Source: a virus. From it: a stretch of 64,000 nt of DNA. The notes beneath the pieces were generated by a model. That model saw only the letters and a list, made by a program, of their open reading frames with translations. It did not search any database and was not told where the DNA came from. The stretch is from IMG/VR virus record IMGVR_UViG_3300005676_000004, one strand, 5' to 3'. This document shows positions 18,236 to 27,754 of the stretch, one piece after another. Positions within the stretch are counted from its first letter, which is position 1. Each line of letters starts with the position of its first letter. The translations under genes were made by a program, and so were the position numbers.

Positions 18236-18295
18236 TAGGTGGTGAAGGCACATTATACTGACCAACTTTGCCTTCACCACCTATTATTATAAGTT
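18236..18295 (+). terminator. intrinsic terminator
   Basis: Perfect 15-bp inverted repeat TAGGTGGTGAAGGCA (18236-50) / TGCCTTCACCACCTA (18269-83) followed by a T/A-rich run. Confidence 0.85.
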
Positions 18296-18332
18296 TTGCC
18301 TATATTTATCGTAAGAAAGTCATTGGAAAAAT

Positions 18333-18608
18333 TTGCTTTTGGAGAAGTTATTGATTATATTGGAATACATAACCATGTTCATATTTGTCCTCCTGTTTGC
18401 ATGGATTACGCGAAGTGAGATAGAATCGTATGAACACCGAGAAAATGAAATTGATGCGCTGAAGACAATTATGCATACATCACTAGCACACAACCCGAAG
18501 ATTATCTCGCTCGTACATGACATTGCTCAGAACGGGATTGAAAGTGGAATTTCAGACTATGCCGAGATAGTTCAATTAACAGAAAACTCTACTACTAACA
18601 GAAAGTGA
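18333..18608 (+). CDS. small membrane-anchored protein
   Basis: N-terminal hydrophobic helix; TTG start uncertain. Confidence 0.6.
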   Translation: MLLEKLLIILEYITMFIFVLLFAWITRSEIESYEHRENEIDALKTIMHTSLAHNPKIISLVHDIAQNGIESGISDYAEIVQLTENSTTNRK

Positions 18609-18614
18609 TGTATT

Positions 18615-19046
18615 ATGGAACTTCATAATAAATCTAAGAATTTCCAAGAAAAACTAGTTTCGCTGTTGGAGTTCCTTCATATAAATCCGGTAGGAACCCG
18701 AGATGAAGCTATGAACAGTCATAATAAAGAAGAGTTCATTAACAAGTTTCTACACATCTACACCCAGCATTCAATGGCCGATCATATCATAAATGAAATT
18801 GATAAAATGTTCAAAGAATCAGAGACAGAAGATGCTGACTACTATTTAGAAGATTTAGCTGGGGAAGAAGATGAAGACGCACCATACGATATATCCATTG
18901 AAGTTTTGATTTCGCAGATTTCGTCACATCTGTATGCGATGAACAAAGAGAGTAATTTCACTCCGACAGGATTCTCAATCAACACTAATGCGAACGGGGT
19001 AGTTGAAATTCGCATTCTACCCGAAGACCATGGCAACGATAAATGA
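18615..19046 (+). CDS. hypothetical acidic protein
   Basis: 143-aa ATG ORF. Confidence 0.75.
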   Translation: MELHNKSKNFQEKLVSLLEFLHINPVGTRDEAMNSHNKEEFINKFLHIYTQHSMADHIINEIDKMFKESETEDADYYLEDLAGEEDEDAPYDISIEVLISQISSHLYAMNKESNFTPTGFSINTNANGVVEIRILPEDHGNDK

Positions 19047-19353
19047 TTATATGGATTGGGTAATCCAACTAGAAAGTAATCTTAACGAGATAGGAATTGA
19101 ATTTTCACAATATGACGAGTTCTACATCAATCAAGCAATTTTGTTCATCGAGGGTATAGTTAAAGAACAAAACTTTGACAACCACGCCTCAATAACAGAG
19201 ACGCTACTTGATGAATATTTACAGAATGCTTTGCATCTACACGCACACGATCAGAAAATGATAAATTATTACACAACGTTATCGGAATATTTACGACGAC
19301 GATTTACTCCAAAACGCTTGGAGTCTCATAAGAGAAATCGCAAAAGACGGTAA
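19003..19353 (+). CDS. hypothetical protein (start probably an internal ATG, MATIND)
   Basis: 116-aa ORF overlapping the upstream gene. Confidence 0.65.
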   Translation: MKFAFYPKTMATINDYMDWVIQLESNLNEIGIEFSQYDEFYINQAILFIEGIVKEQNFDNHASITETLLDEYLQNALHLHAHDQKMINYYTTLSEYLRRRFTPKRLESHKRNRKRR

Positions 19354-19393
19354 TGTTTATTTTTTGGTATTGCAATAATGGTAAGGTATACAG

Positions 19394-19615
19394 ATGGGTA
19401 AGGATTATCGCCACAAGGCGAAGAATCGTTTCCGCCGATATGATGACGACGGATTTGCTGGTATGCGTAAGTTGGAGTATTATGATCCATCAAAGGCAAG
19501 AAAACAAAACAAGATCAACATATCACAGTTGTCACCACTAGATGAAGAAGACAGTGGATTGTCTTTCACCGGAGACAACACAACTGATGATAGTGATCAA
19601 TTAACGATAGACTAA
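19394..19615 (+). CDS. small charged protein
   Basis: 73 aa; AAGGT upstream; basic N-terminus and acidic C-terminus. Confidence 0.6.
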   Translation: MGKDYRHKAKNRFRRYDDDGFAGMRKLEYYDPSKARKQNKINISQLSPLDEEDSGLSFTGDNTTDDSDQLTID

Positions 19616-19619
19616 CATT

Positions 19620-20291
19620 ATGGTAAAATTAGTTTCATCAACTAGGCCATCGGAAGACCTAGAGCGGCGAGGTATTCTAACACCAGAAGACCTTATAGTT
19701 CATTGTGCTAGAGTGAGCAATCCCAAAAATCAATTCAACACAGCCACTGGTGATAAACTAATCAAATATCTGATGGAACATCATCACTGGTCTCCATTTG
19801 AGATGGTGTCAATGACAGTTGAAATTCAAACGTCTCGGGCAATCTCAACGCAAATCTTACGGCATCGTTCTTTTTCGTTTCAGGAATATAGCCAACGCTA
19901 TTCGTCCGTAGCTAATGTAGAAGACATCTCAATACGAAAACAAGCCGACAAAAATCGACAAAGCAGCTCAGAAGAGTTTGATCCTTGGTTGACTTCCTTA
20001 GACAAGTCCACCACTGCTGCAACAGCAGAATACATTGAGGCGGGAATGCGTTTGTATGCTGAGATGATTGAAGCTGGTGTTGCTAAGGAATGTGCTAGGA
20101 TGGTTCTTCCGTTAGCATCATCTACGACGTTATACATGAGTGGCACAGTTCGCTCTTGGATTCACTACTTACAACTACGGTGCGCCGATGATACTCAGCT
20201 TGAGCACCAAGAGATAGCTATACAAATCAGGAATATATTTATAGGTAAATTCCCAATAATATCAAGTTGTTTATGGAACGAGGCGGAGTAA
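19620..20291 (+). CDS. thyX: FAD-dependent thymidylate synthase
   Basis: ThyX motif RHRSFSFQEYSQRY; H.SPFE; KECARMVLP. Confidence 0.97.
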   Translation: MVKLVSSTRPSEDLERRGILTPEDLIVHCARVSNPKNQFNTATGDKLIKYLMEHHHWSPFEMVSMTVEIQTSRAISTQILRHRSFSFQEYSQRYSSVANVEDISIRKQADKNRQSSSEEFDPWLTSLDKSTTAATAEYIEAGMRLYAEMIEAGVAKECARMVLPLASSTTLYMSGTVRSWIHYLQLRCADDTQLEHQEIAIQIRNIFIGKFPIISSCLWNEAE

Positions 20292-20554
20292 ATAATGCGT
20301 CAGGATCATTGCAATCAGAATATAAATTTTTTGAAGAACATGTCTTATTCAATTGGGATATGATTCAAGATGATCCACAACATTTTGTTAACAGCAACTC
20401 ACTTTCTATGTCCGAAAAGCTAGAGCAGTTGTATACACTCCTTATTTACTTTCTTGATCTTGAAGATTACAAGGCATGTCAAGTCATCAAGAACCAAATT
20501 GAAATGGTGAAGGTATCATATCGAAACAAGGACATATCTCAAAAAGGTTTCTAG
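20267..20554 (+). CDS. small protein with a UVR-like C-terminal motif
   Basis: ...YFLDLEDYKACQVIKNQI resembles the EDYE.A..IRD pattern; start uncertain. Confidence 0.55.
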   Translation: MFMERGGVNNASGSLQSEYKFFEEHVLFNWDMIQDDPQHFVNSNSLSMSEKLEQLYTLLIYFLDLEDYKACQVIKNQIEMVKVSYRNKDISQKGF

Positions 20555-20558
20555 AGTT

Positions 20559-21098
20559 ATGAAAACTAAGAACACAGTGTGGTTTGGGTTGCCACTTGAA
20601 ACGATAAAATCCATAAACGATCATGAGTCAATTCTTTCAATGACGATTGGTGACTCCGAATCAATACTCTTCGTAGATGCAGATCAATCTAAGATCAACA
20701 TCATGTCCGACGTAACGTCTCGGTATCAGCCCCCGTACAAGAAAGCGTATGACGTCAAATACAGTTTTCAAGCGAATGCTATGCAAGACGTTGCGCATGA
20801 CTTACCAACCGACGTTAACACCATCGTAATTGATAGCATCTTCGACACACCCGCGTACGAAGTTAATCATCAATATAGTTTCTTATTTGAAACGATTGAT
20901 CATTTTGTCTCAATGGAAAACATACGAGACATCACGATACTCCTAACGCCGCATTCATCAACCCCATGGATTAACGTCTGCTATGTCTTCACGTACTTGT
21001 ACGGAATCTACTCAGACCCCGAAAAAGTTACTAAACCAATGCAACTAAATTTTTCAATTGAAGCAAATAGGCTTCTCATAAACATCTCTAAAACGTAA
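20559..21098 (+). CDS. hypothetical protein
   Basis: 179-aa ATG ORF. Confidence 0.75.
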   Translation: MKTKNTVWFGLPLETIKSINDHESILSMTIGDSESILFVDADQSKINIMSDVTSRYQPPYKKAYDVKYSFQANAMQDVAHDLPTDVNTIVIDSIFDTPAYEVNHQYSFLFETIDHFVSMENIRDITILLTPHSSTPWINVCYVFTYLYGIYSDPEKVTKPMQLNFSIEANRLLINISKT

Positions 21099-21109
21099 GG
21101 AGTCATACC

Positions 21110-21511
21110 ATGGTATTTGGCCTTTTCATTGGCAGCGCAGTCACAGGAATTATTATGTGGCTATACTACAGAACCATTGTAAATAAAGTTGAAGATCAAC
21201 AGATCACTATTCGAGAGTTACAGGAACAATGTTCTCGTTGCTCATCTATTCAAGAAAGCGTAGACCGTTTTGAACGTGGTAACACTACATCAATGCCAGA
21301 CATGGTATTAGGTGATTCTACACTAACGAATGCAAACACTATTGCATCCCAGGTGAATGTGACCAATAAGCCAAAGTCAACGCGATCAAAGAAATCAAAT
21401 CCCCAGCAAGAGTCTGCTACTCAATCATCGCGTTCCAAATCTAGGAATCGGCAACGTGCTGCCAACAAGCGTAAGAAAGCAGAAGCTCAAAAGTCGCTAT
21501 TAAACGGGTAA
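21110..21511 (+). CDS. membrane-anchored protein with a basic tail
   Basis: N-terminal TM helix, coiled coil, K/R/S-rich C-terminus; AAGGAG upstream. Confidence 0.75.
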   Translation: MVFGLFIGSAVTGIIMWLYYRTIVNKVEDQQITIRELQEQCSRCSSIQESVDRFERGNTTSMPDMVLGDSTLTNANTIASQVNVTNKPKSTRSKKSNPQQESATQSSRSKSRNRQRAANKRKKAEAQKSLLNG

Positions 21512-21524
21512 GGGGGATATCGCT

Positions 21525-22256
21525 ATGATGCTACGCGTTAACTACGACAATTACTTCACTCGTCATGGTTTTGTTGACACCGAAACTGGTAATAAACTAT
21601 GGGAGTTTGATGTCATTACTCCATCGTGGAAGATAACTCCATGGGAACCTTTTGATGAATATGTAAATCCATTTGATAACCAACGTTGGTTTCCTCGTCC
21701 TGGAGATGTAACATATCCTCAACCATCAACTACACCGCATGACGAATTTGACAAGCTCAAACGGATGTTTAATGAAATGAAATCACCACCACCGACGCTC
21801 AAAGGAGATACTATGGTTTATACTACAAAAAGTTTAATAATAACAACAGACATTCCACATACGCATAGGCATCTACTCGTTGTTAAAGAATGTGATGTAT
21901 TGTCCGTGGGAAATTGTACCACACGCACAGAGGTTAGATTTTTGTTTGCCATGCCTGGGTGTACTAAGGAATCAATTTCGGTTCATGCTCATCGTGATGG
22001 TGTTGGTAGCATACGAATAGTAATTGCTTCTGGCGTCAACACGATTGATATGTTCACAGACATTGATATGTTTACCGACGCGTTTCTAACCAACGTGAAT
22101 ATATCCGTTAACTTCAACCCGAGTGTAACGGCTAGTAAACGATTTGAGTTTGATCTAGATAAAGCACAGGGAAATTACGAGAACGGAATCGTAAGTGTCA
22201 TAATCCCCACAAAATCTCTAGATAATGACAACAACTACAAGAAAATAGAGCTATGA
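21525..22256 (+). CDS. HSP20/alpha-crystallin-like small heat-shock protein
   Basis: FAMPGCTKESISV ... FDLDKAQGNYENGIVSVIIP resembles the alpha-crystallin PG...EDI.V / A.Y.NGIL.V.IP signature. Confidence 0.6.
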   Translation: MMLRVNYDNYFTRHGFVDTETGNKLWEFDVITPSWKITPWEPFDEYVNPFDNQRWFPRPGDVTYPQPSTTPHDEFDKLKRMFNEMKSPPPTLKGDTMVYTTKSLIITTDIPHTHRHLLVVKECDVLSVGNCTTRTEVRFLFAMPGCTKESISVHAHRDGVGSIRIVIASGVNTIDMFTDIDMFTDAFLTNVNISVNFNPSVTASKRFEFDLDKAQGNYENGIVSVIIPTKSLDNDNNYKKIEL

Positions 22257-22290
22257 AATAGCATTTATTGAATTTTGTACTATTTTTATG

Positions 22291-22340
22291 ATGGCAAAGA
22301 ACTGTATTCTACACGTGCGTTCTTTGCCATTGTCTTTTTG
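22291..22340 (+). terminator. intrinsic terminator
   Basis: ATGGCAAAGAAC (22291-302) / GTTCTTTGCCAT (22319-330) 12-bp stem, then TGTCTTTTTG. Confidence 0.75.
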
Positions 22341-22370
22341 GTGAACTGTGGTAAGTTACCATGAGGTGAC

Positions 22371-22379
22371 GATATTTAT
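22371..22379 (+). promoter_or_regulatory. GATATTTAT motif (putative late promoter)
   Basis: Intergenic, 30 nt upstream of ATG 22410, after a terminator; enclosed by CCATGAG/CTCATGG. Confidence 0.55.
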
Positions 22380-22409
22380 GTTCAAACGAACTCATGGCAG
22401 AAATCCACA

Positions 22410-23735
22410 ATGATCTCAAAAATTTTTAGCTTACGGAACATCCTTTGGTTCTGTGCAATAGGACTTGCAACGTTTTCCGGCTACTATTCGGTGTATGGAA
22501 TATCACAACTTTTTGCTAGTAGTACGACGTATTCAATCGTCGGCATGGCGATTATGCTTGAGTGCTCAAAGCTAGCTATAGTTGCATTCCTACATAAAAA
22601 CTTCAAACAGCTATCGCGAACTCTAAAGGGCTATCTACTTACCGCAGCATGTGTCCTGATGGTAATAACCTCAATGGGAGTGTACGGATACCTAACGTCA
22701 GCTTATTCTGAAACTTCAAAGCGAATAGCAGATGCACAAGGCCAACTAACGCTGATAGACACAAAGATCGCACTATTTACATCACAACGAACTGCGATTG
22801 AAAACGACATTAAATCAACCAACGAACGCATATCTTCGTACGACAACATGAGATTAACTCAGGAGAACACGTTTAACCAACTGAGTTCATCTCGTCGTTC
22901 AACCCGATCACTTGACCGCCGGAATCAATCGCTGAGTGGTCAAATCGATGCATTGACACAAAACGTGTCAGCACTCAACGCGAAGACTTTAGCAATTACC
23001 GATTCTATAGCGGCATTGGAAGTCCAAAAGCTCAACATAGCTTCGGAATCATTTACCGCCGAGTTAGGACCTCTGATGTACGTGAGTAGAATAACGGGTC
23101 TTGATATGGACGTTATTGCAAACTTATTTATACTTCTACTCGTCAGTGTAATTGATCCGTTGGCAGTCAGTCTAATAATCGCAGTAAATGTTTTAAATCG
23201 TAAGCGTGAAAAGACACACGAGACCATTTCTGAAATATCCAACGATTTTGTAGGTGGTAAAGAACCACATTCTAGCAGCACCTCAGACACTGAATCTGAT
23301 ATACACACGCCCCTAGCTGATGATCGTCACCATGAGAAAGAAAACTCTGAGGTTGGTGAGGTTAATGAACAAATTTCTAATACTAATTTGGAAAAGTCAA
23401 ATTTTTTTCGTAACATGTATTTAGAGGGCAGTTTGCAGGACATAGGTTCAACTGAAACAGTACATGAATTAAATGATGTAAATGATGTAAATGATGATAC
23501 TATAGATACTGATACTGATACTAATACTAATACTAATAATACTAAAGCTATAGAAGAAGATAATAGTTTTATAGATACTGAAAGTACTAAAGAAGATGAA
23601 GATAATAATAGTAGTAGTAGTATAGTAGATAATACAGTAAACAATGTAAATGAAATTACTGATAGTAACATTTTAGATCAAAATGTGTTTTATGATGAGA
23701 AGAAGCGGGTAAATCGATCTTCAACTGGTTTATAG
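22410..23735 (+). CDS. membrane protein: TM helices, coiled coil, TM helix, low-complexity acidic tail
   Basis: 441 aa; three N-terminal hydrophobic helices, heptad region, second hydrophobic segment, D/N/T/S-rich tail. Confidence 0.85.
   Translation: MISKIFSLRNILWFCAIGLATFSGYYSVYGISQLFASSTTYSIVGMAIMLECSKLAIVAFLHKNFKQLSRTLKGYLLTAACVLMVITSMGVYGYLTSAYSETSKRIADAQGQLTLIDTKIALFTSQRTAIENDIKSTNERISSYDNMRLTQENTFNQLSSSRRSTRSLDRRNQSLSGQIDALTQNVSALNAKTLAITDSIAALEVQKLNIASESFTAELGPLMYVSRITGLDMDVIANLFILLLVSVIDPLAVSLIIAVNVLNRKREKTHETISEISNDFVGGKEPHSSSTSDTESDIHTPLADDRHHEKENSEVGEVNEQISNTNLEKSNFFRNMYLEGSLQDIGSTETVHELNDVNDVNDDTIDTDTDTNTNTNNTKAIEEDNSFIDTESTKEDEDNNSSSSIVDNTVNNVNEITDSNILDQNVFYDEKKRVNRSSTGL
23470..23700. 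repeat. very AT-rich low-complexity tract with short direct repeats
   Basis: AATGATGTA tandem copies, GATACT/AATACT runs, TATAGATACTGA at 23501 and 23570, AGT runs. Confidence 0.85.
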
Positions 23736-23747
23736 ACTTTTTAAGTT

Positions 23748-24236
23748 ATGAAAATAGTATCGTGTAAGAATAACAAATCTGATAGTAAGTACTTCAAAGG
23801 TAAGGTATGTCACGAAGAAATCCTTGTTGAAGATTCAGTGGTTAGTGCTTTATGTTGGAAGTGTTCTGCACAATTAGTTCCAGTAGAAGAAAAGAAGCCG
23901 TTGCATCCTGACTATCCTAGAGGTTGGGCTTTACTCAAACAGTTTGTTGATGCGGAAGGAAATGTATATCACAAGGGAGTTCTTCAGAAAGACTTGTTTG
24001 GTAAATTTCCACCCACTGATCTTCAGAAGAAGACTTCCACTAAGAAGAAATCTTCTCAGAAAAAAGATACGCTAGATGATAAAATTCTTGAAGAATATAG
24101 TATGAGGTTACAGATGGCAAAGAAGCGGGAACAAGAGAAGAAAGAGAAGCGTAAGCAGAGTTCTCAGAGACCACGGGTTGCTAAAATAATTCCTAGAGTA
24201 GTAGATAAATTATCAGTATATGAGGTAAGTGTATGA
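23748..24236 (+). CDS. C4 zinc-finger protein (N-terminal domain homologous to 8626..9060)
   Basis: C.N....YFKGKVC ... CWKC.AQLVPVE.KK. Confidence 0.75.
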   Translation: MKIVSCKNNKSDSKYFKGKVCHEEILVEDSVVSALCWKCSAQLVPVEEKKPLHPDYPRGWALLKQFVDAEGNVYHKGVLQKDLFGKFPPTDLQKKTSTKKKSSQKKDTLDDKILEEYSMRLQMAKKREQEKKEKRKQSSQRPRVAKIIPRVVDKLSVYEVSV

Positions 24237-24883
24237 ATGGAGACAATCTGTACGGTGACCCGATCTTTGGAAATGAGAAACATCAGCATCAACATGTAGC
24301 ATCAACCCTCGTCTCTGACGAGCTAGACGATAAGTGGAAGAAGACTATAACTCAGCTTGATATGATGTTTGATGTTGACTCTAGCACTATATTCTTAGTC
24401 GGTGAAATTGTTGAAGGTACTATGTATGACGTTATTGCGAAGGTAAGAGCTATACTAAAACTCAGAAGCGAAGCGTCAAAAGATTCCCCGATAAATTTAG
24501 TTATAAACTCAGTTGGAGGAGACGTCTACGAGGTTTTAGGATTGATTGACTACATCAACAGTATGACTGTGAAAGTTAACACCATCTGCCGTGGGAAAGC
24601 ATTCTCTGCGGCAGCTTTGTTATTGGCATGTGGTACTGGTAAACGTTATGTTTCCAAAAATAGTAGCATCATGGTTCACGAAATTTCAACCGAAGTCTTT
24701 GGTAAGTCTTCAGACATCAAAGTTCAGAACAAGCATCTTGCAACGCTTGATGCCGCTATGCTAGACTTGCTTACTTCCCACTCAACACAAGATAAAGAGT
24801 TCTGGCGTACCGCTACTGAGAAAGATTTCTATATGACGGTTGATACTGCGTTAGAGTACGGAATTGTTGATGAGGTATTATGA
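24233..24883 (+). CDS. clpP: ClpP-like serine protease subunit
   Basis: INSVGGDV, TICRGKAFSAA (catalytic Ser), IMVHE (catalytic His), DFYMT..ALEYGIVDEV. Confidence 0.9.
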   Translation: MNGDNLYGDPIFGNEKHQHQHVASTLVSDELDDKWKKTITQLDMMFDVDSSTIFLVGEIVEGTMYDVIAKVRAILKLRSEASKDSPINLVINSVGGDVYEVLGLIDYINSMTVKVNTICRGKAFSAAALLLACGTGKRYVSKNSSIMVHEISTEVFGKSSDIKVQNKHLATLDAAMLDLLTSHSTQDKEFWRTATEKDFYMTVDTALEYGIVDEVL

Positions 24884-25221
24884 TATTTTTCTATATTTTT
24901 ATAGCTATTCTAGTTCTCGTATTACTGTTCTTTATTTATAACTTATATGGTAATGTACTCACCCTTCAAGAGGTTCTTGAAGATCAAGAGTCGGAACTTC
25001 AGAGATACTTTCAATTTTTAGAAAGTCTGCAAAATCAGATGGCAATTGATATTGCAGAGCTAGAGGAAATTGATCGCATTGGAGCATTTGAATCTGATGA
25101 CGAAGTTGGTCACTTCTTTAGTGCGCTGCGTAGAAGTCATCTTACGATTAAAGACATGCTAGATGAGGCAATGCTTCCGGAGAGTGAGTTCATTGAGGAG
25201 GTAGCCAATGATCAAGACTAA
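24880..25221 (+). CDS. small membrane-anchored coiled-coil protein
   Basis: Hydrophobic N-terminus followed by heptads. Confidence 0.7.
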   Translation: MIFFYIFIAILVLVLLFFIYNLYGNVLTLQEVLEDQESELQRYFQFLESLQNQMAIDIAELEEIDRIGAFESDDEVGHFFSALRRSHLTIKDMLDEAMLPESEFIEEVANDQD

Positions 25222-25999
25222 ACCGTCTGGTAGTAACTTCTACTTCACGAAGGAGACGGAGGAGGCTATCATAGCGTACAATAACTCCACCGATAATGTC
25301 GAACGAAACATAATCTATTCTAGGAAAATTCATCCAGCGTTACACAAACTTGCTGAGATTATGGTTCATCGGTTTAAGTTTGAATACCTAGACATGTCAT
25401 ACGACGACGCCAAGCACGAAGTGATTGCGTTCCTTTTTGAACGACTTCATAAATTTGATGATACTAAAGGTTTCAAGGCATTCTCGTTTTTCTCTATCGT
25501 CGCTAAGAATTTCTTGATGGCGGAGAACAACAAAAACTATGCAACTAGGAAGCGTCGAGAATCTGTTGATGCTATTGATAGTAGTAGAAATGTTGTCAAT
25601 GAGGAACTACGTAGGGACTTCATAGAAACTCAAATGGATTTCATTGAAATGTTTGTGGAAGTATTAGACGAGCACATGTCGGTATTATTCCAGAAACAGA
25701 TCGATCAACAGATTGTGGAGTCAATACTATACTTGTTCCGAAAACGAGAATCTATTGAAAATTTCAATAAAAAGGCTTTGTACATAATTATTAAAGAGAG
25801 AACCAACGCAAAACCTCAGCAGATCACGAGTGTTATAAAGCAAGTGAAGACGTTATATTCAAGATTATTAGCACTTTATGAGTGTGGAATTGACTTAACA
25901 AGCCTAGACTGGTATGAGGTGAAGCGTATATTTGATGGTACTGACGGTAATGTCTTTGGTGAAGCTGGAGACTTTAACGAAGAAACTGATTATGAATGA
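25208..25999 (+). CDS. phage RNA polymerase sigma-factor-like protein (sigma70 region 2 / T4 gp55-like)
   Basis: YFTKETEEAI..YN; D...E...FL.E.L.KFD..KG.KAFSFFS.VAKN resembles sigma region 2. Confidence 0.65.
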   Translation: MIKTKPSGSNFYFTKETEEAIIAYNNSTDNVERNIIYSRKIHPALHKLAEIMVHRFKFEYLDMSYDDAKHEVIAFLFERLHKFDDTKGFKAFSFFSIVAKNFLMAENNKNYATRKRRESVDAIDSSRNVVNEELRRDFIETQMDFIEMFVEVLDEHMSVLFQKQIDQQIVESILYLFRKRESIENFNKKALYIIIKERTNAKPQQITSVIKQVKTLYSRLLALYECGIDLTSLDWYEVKRIFDGTDGNVFGEAGDFNEETDYE

Positions 26000-26019
26000 T
26001 ACGTATATGAGGATAAGAA

Positions 26020-26463
26020 ATGGCTGGATTTGAGACCACTGTATTTGATCGTAAAAAGTTTGGGGATATTCTCAAGGAGATACATGCTAATCAGAAGCGT
26101 AGAAATACTCAACTTTTATCGTTCATCACCGATGTTCAACCACTTATAACTGATCTAGCGACAGCACAAGTTATACTTCCATACATTAGAGATTACATGG
26201 AAATTGTTGTCAGAAATGACGAACAACTTGTTAAGATGGCGGCCATAGCCCAGAGAATGATTTCCGCAAGTGCCGGAGCGGACGTTGGAAGTATGTTCTT
26301 GACGGAGGAAGAACGGCAAGAGATTGCAAAGCAGTTACAAGCTGCTGAGAATGAGTTGAACGATTCAATGAACACCAAGACGGATGTAGAGGATATTTCG
26401 GAAACATTAAAGAATATTAAAGATGGACAATCTGAAGATCACAGCGAACGGACAGAGTTATGA
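26020..26463 (+). CDS. hypothetical helical protein
   Basis: 147 aa; GAGGA upstream. Confidence 0.75.
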   Translation: MAGFETTVFDRKKFGDILKEIHANQKRRNTQLLSFITDVQPLITDLATAQVILPYIRDYMEIVVRNDEQLVKMAAIAQRMISASAGADVGSMFLTEEERQEIAKQLQAAENELNDSMNTKTDVEDISETLKNIKDGQSEDHSERTEL

Positions 26464-27754
26464 GTTTATGCCAGCGGAAGTTGTTTCCGTTGACTATGAT
26501 TCGCGTGATGCAGACAACTTATACACGATATTATGTAAGTTTCTAAACTCATCCTCAGCAAAATCTCCCAACGATCTTATCCGAGCACGTGCTTTGAACT
26601 CAAACATCAAGCACATTCCAGTGTCGGGTGAGATCGTTTTTGTTTGTAAAGCTCCGACACCATACCACTCAGGTGCAAGTTTTGGTAGAGAATACTACTA
26701 CACTAGCCCAATTTCAATACAATCCTCGGTGCATCACAATGGTTTGCCAGGTGCAAACAAAGTAAGTATTGACGGTAAGACGAAGGAACAGAGGATTAGC
26801 AACGCTACAACTGGTATACCTCAAAAACTTTCTGATAGTAAAATAGTTAAGGATCAAATTGATCCAGGGTTTCCAGAGAGAATTGACGTCCACCCATTAC
26901 AGCCGTTTCCTGGAGACATCATATTTGAAGGTCGCTGGGGACAATCAATTCGGTTTGGCTCAAGCCCAGACACTAGACGACGATTCCCACAGCCTCCTAA
27001 CTGGGGAATTGGCACTGGTGCAACTGGTAACCCAGTTATGATTCTATCTAATGGTACTAACCCTCGAAACAAAAAATACAATCAATTTCACATTGAATCT
27101 CCCGATGATGACGACTCATCAATATGGTTGACGTCGGGGCAGTCGGTATCATTTACACCAGCCGCATCATATAGACCATCTGTCATTGATAAAGAAGTTG
27201 ATCTCTACAAGAAAAACTCGTTCGGTGGGAATCAAGTCATATTAGCGTCAGATAGAATCATATTTAACGCGAAGGCGCAAGAGATAGTTGGATTTGCAAA
27301 GCAAGGTATAGGGTTTGCCACTGATGGATCGTTGGTGTTAAATGGCCGCCGCGTAGTTGAGATTGAAAGCGAAAGAATATCACTAGGATTTAATGCAACA
27401 TCCCCAGTGATATTAGGTGACAGGATGATACAGTTACTATCTGATTTTCTTAATACGATGATTGACTTGAATAAGTCCCTGCTTCAGTTAACAGTTCCTA
27501 CTGGCGTAGGGCCGTCTGGGATACCACTTAATAGCGGAGACTTTGTTGGGATTATCAACGAATTACAGAAACTTATAAATCAGTTGCCAAGGACAGCTAG
27601 TAAGTTTGCATTCGTAAATGAGTATGCAAACGGTCCATCTGATGCAGATAGGGAGAACTTTAAACAGCTCAAGGATAATCGTTTCGTGGTTAAGCCACAA
27701 GGCAAGCAGCGTGGTGATACTAATCGTGGTGTATCTTTTGAGAGTCTTGGATAA
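26423..27754 (+). CDS. baseplate hub/spike protein, gp5/VgrG-like
   Basis: N-terminal OB-like P.GE.V segment, GDIIFEGRWGQSIRFGS, beta-helix-like C-terminus ending TGVGPSG; upstream of gp25-like and gp6-like genes. Confidence 0.6.
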   Translation: MDNLKITANGQSYEFMPAEVVSVDYDSRDADNLYTILCKFLNSSSAKSPNDLIRARALNSNIKHIPVSGEIVFVCKAPTPYHSGASFGREYYYTSPISIQSSVHHNGLPGANKVSIDGKTKEQRISNATTGIPQKLSDSKIVKDQIDPGFPERIDVHPLQPFPGDIIFEGRWGQSIRFGSSPDTRRRFPQPPNWGIGTGATGNPVMILSNGTNPRNKKYNQFHIESPDDDDSSIWLTSGQSVSFTPAASYRPSVIDKEVDLYKKNSFGGNQVILASDRIIFNAKAQEIVGFAKQGIGFATDGSLVLNGRRVVEIESERISLGFNATSPVILGDRMIQLLSDFLNTMIDLNKSLLQLTVPTGVGPSGIPLNSGDFVGIINELQKLINQLPRTASKFAFVNEYANGPSDADRENFKQLKDNRFVVKPQGKQRGDTNRGVSFESLG

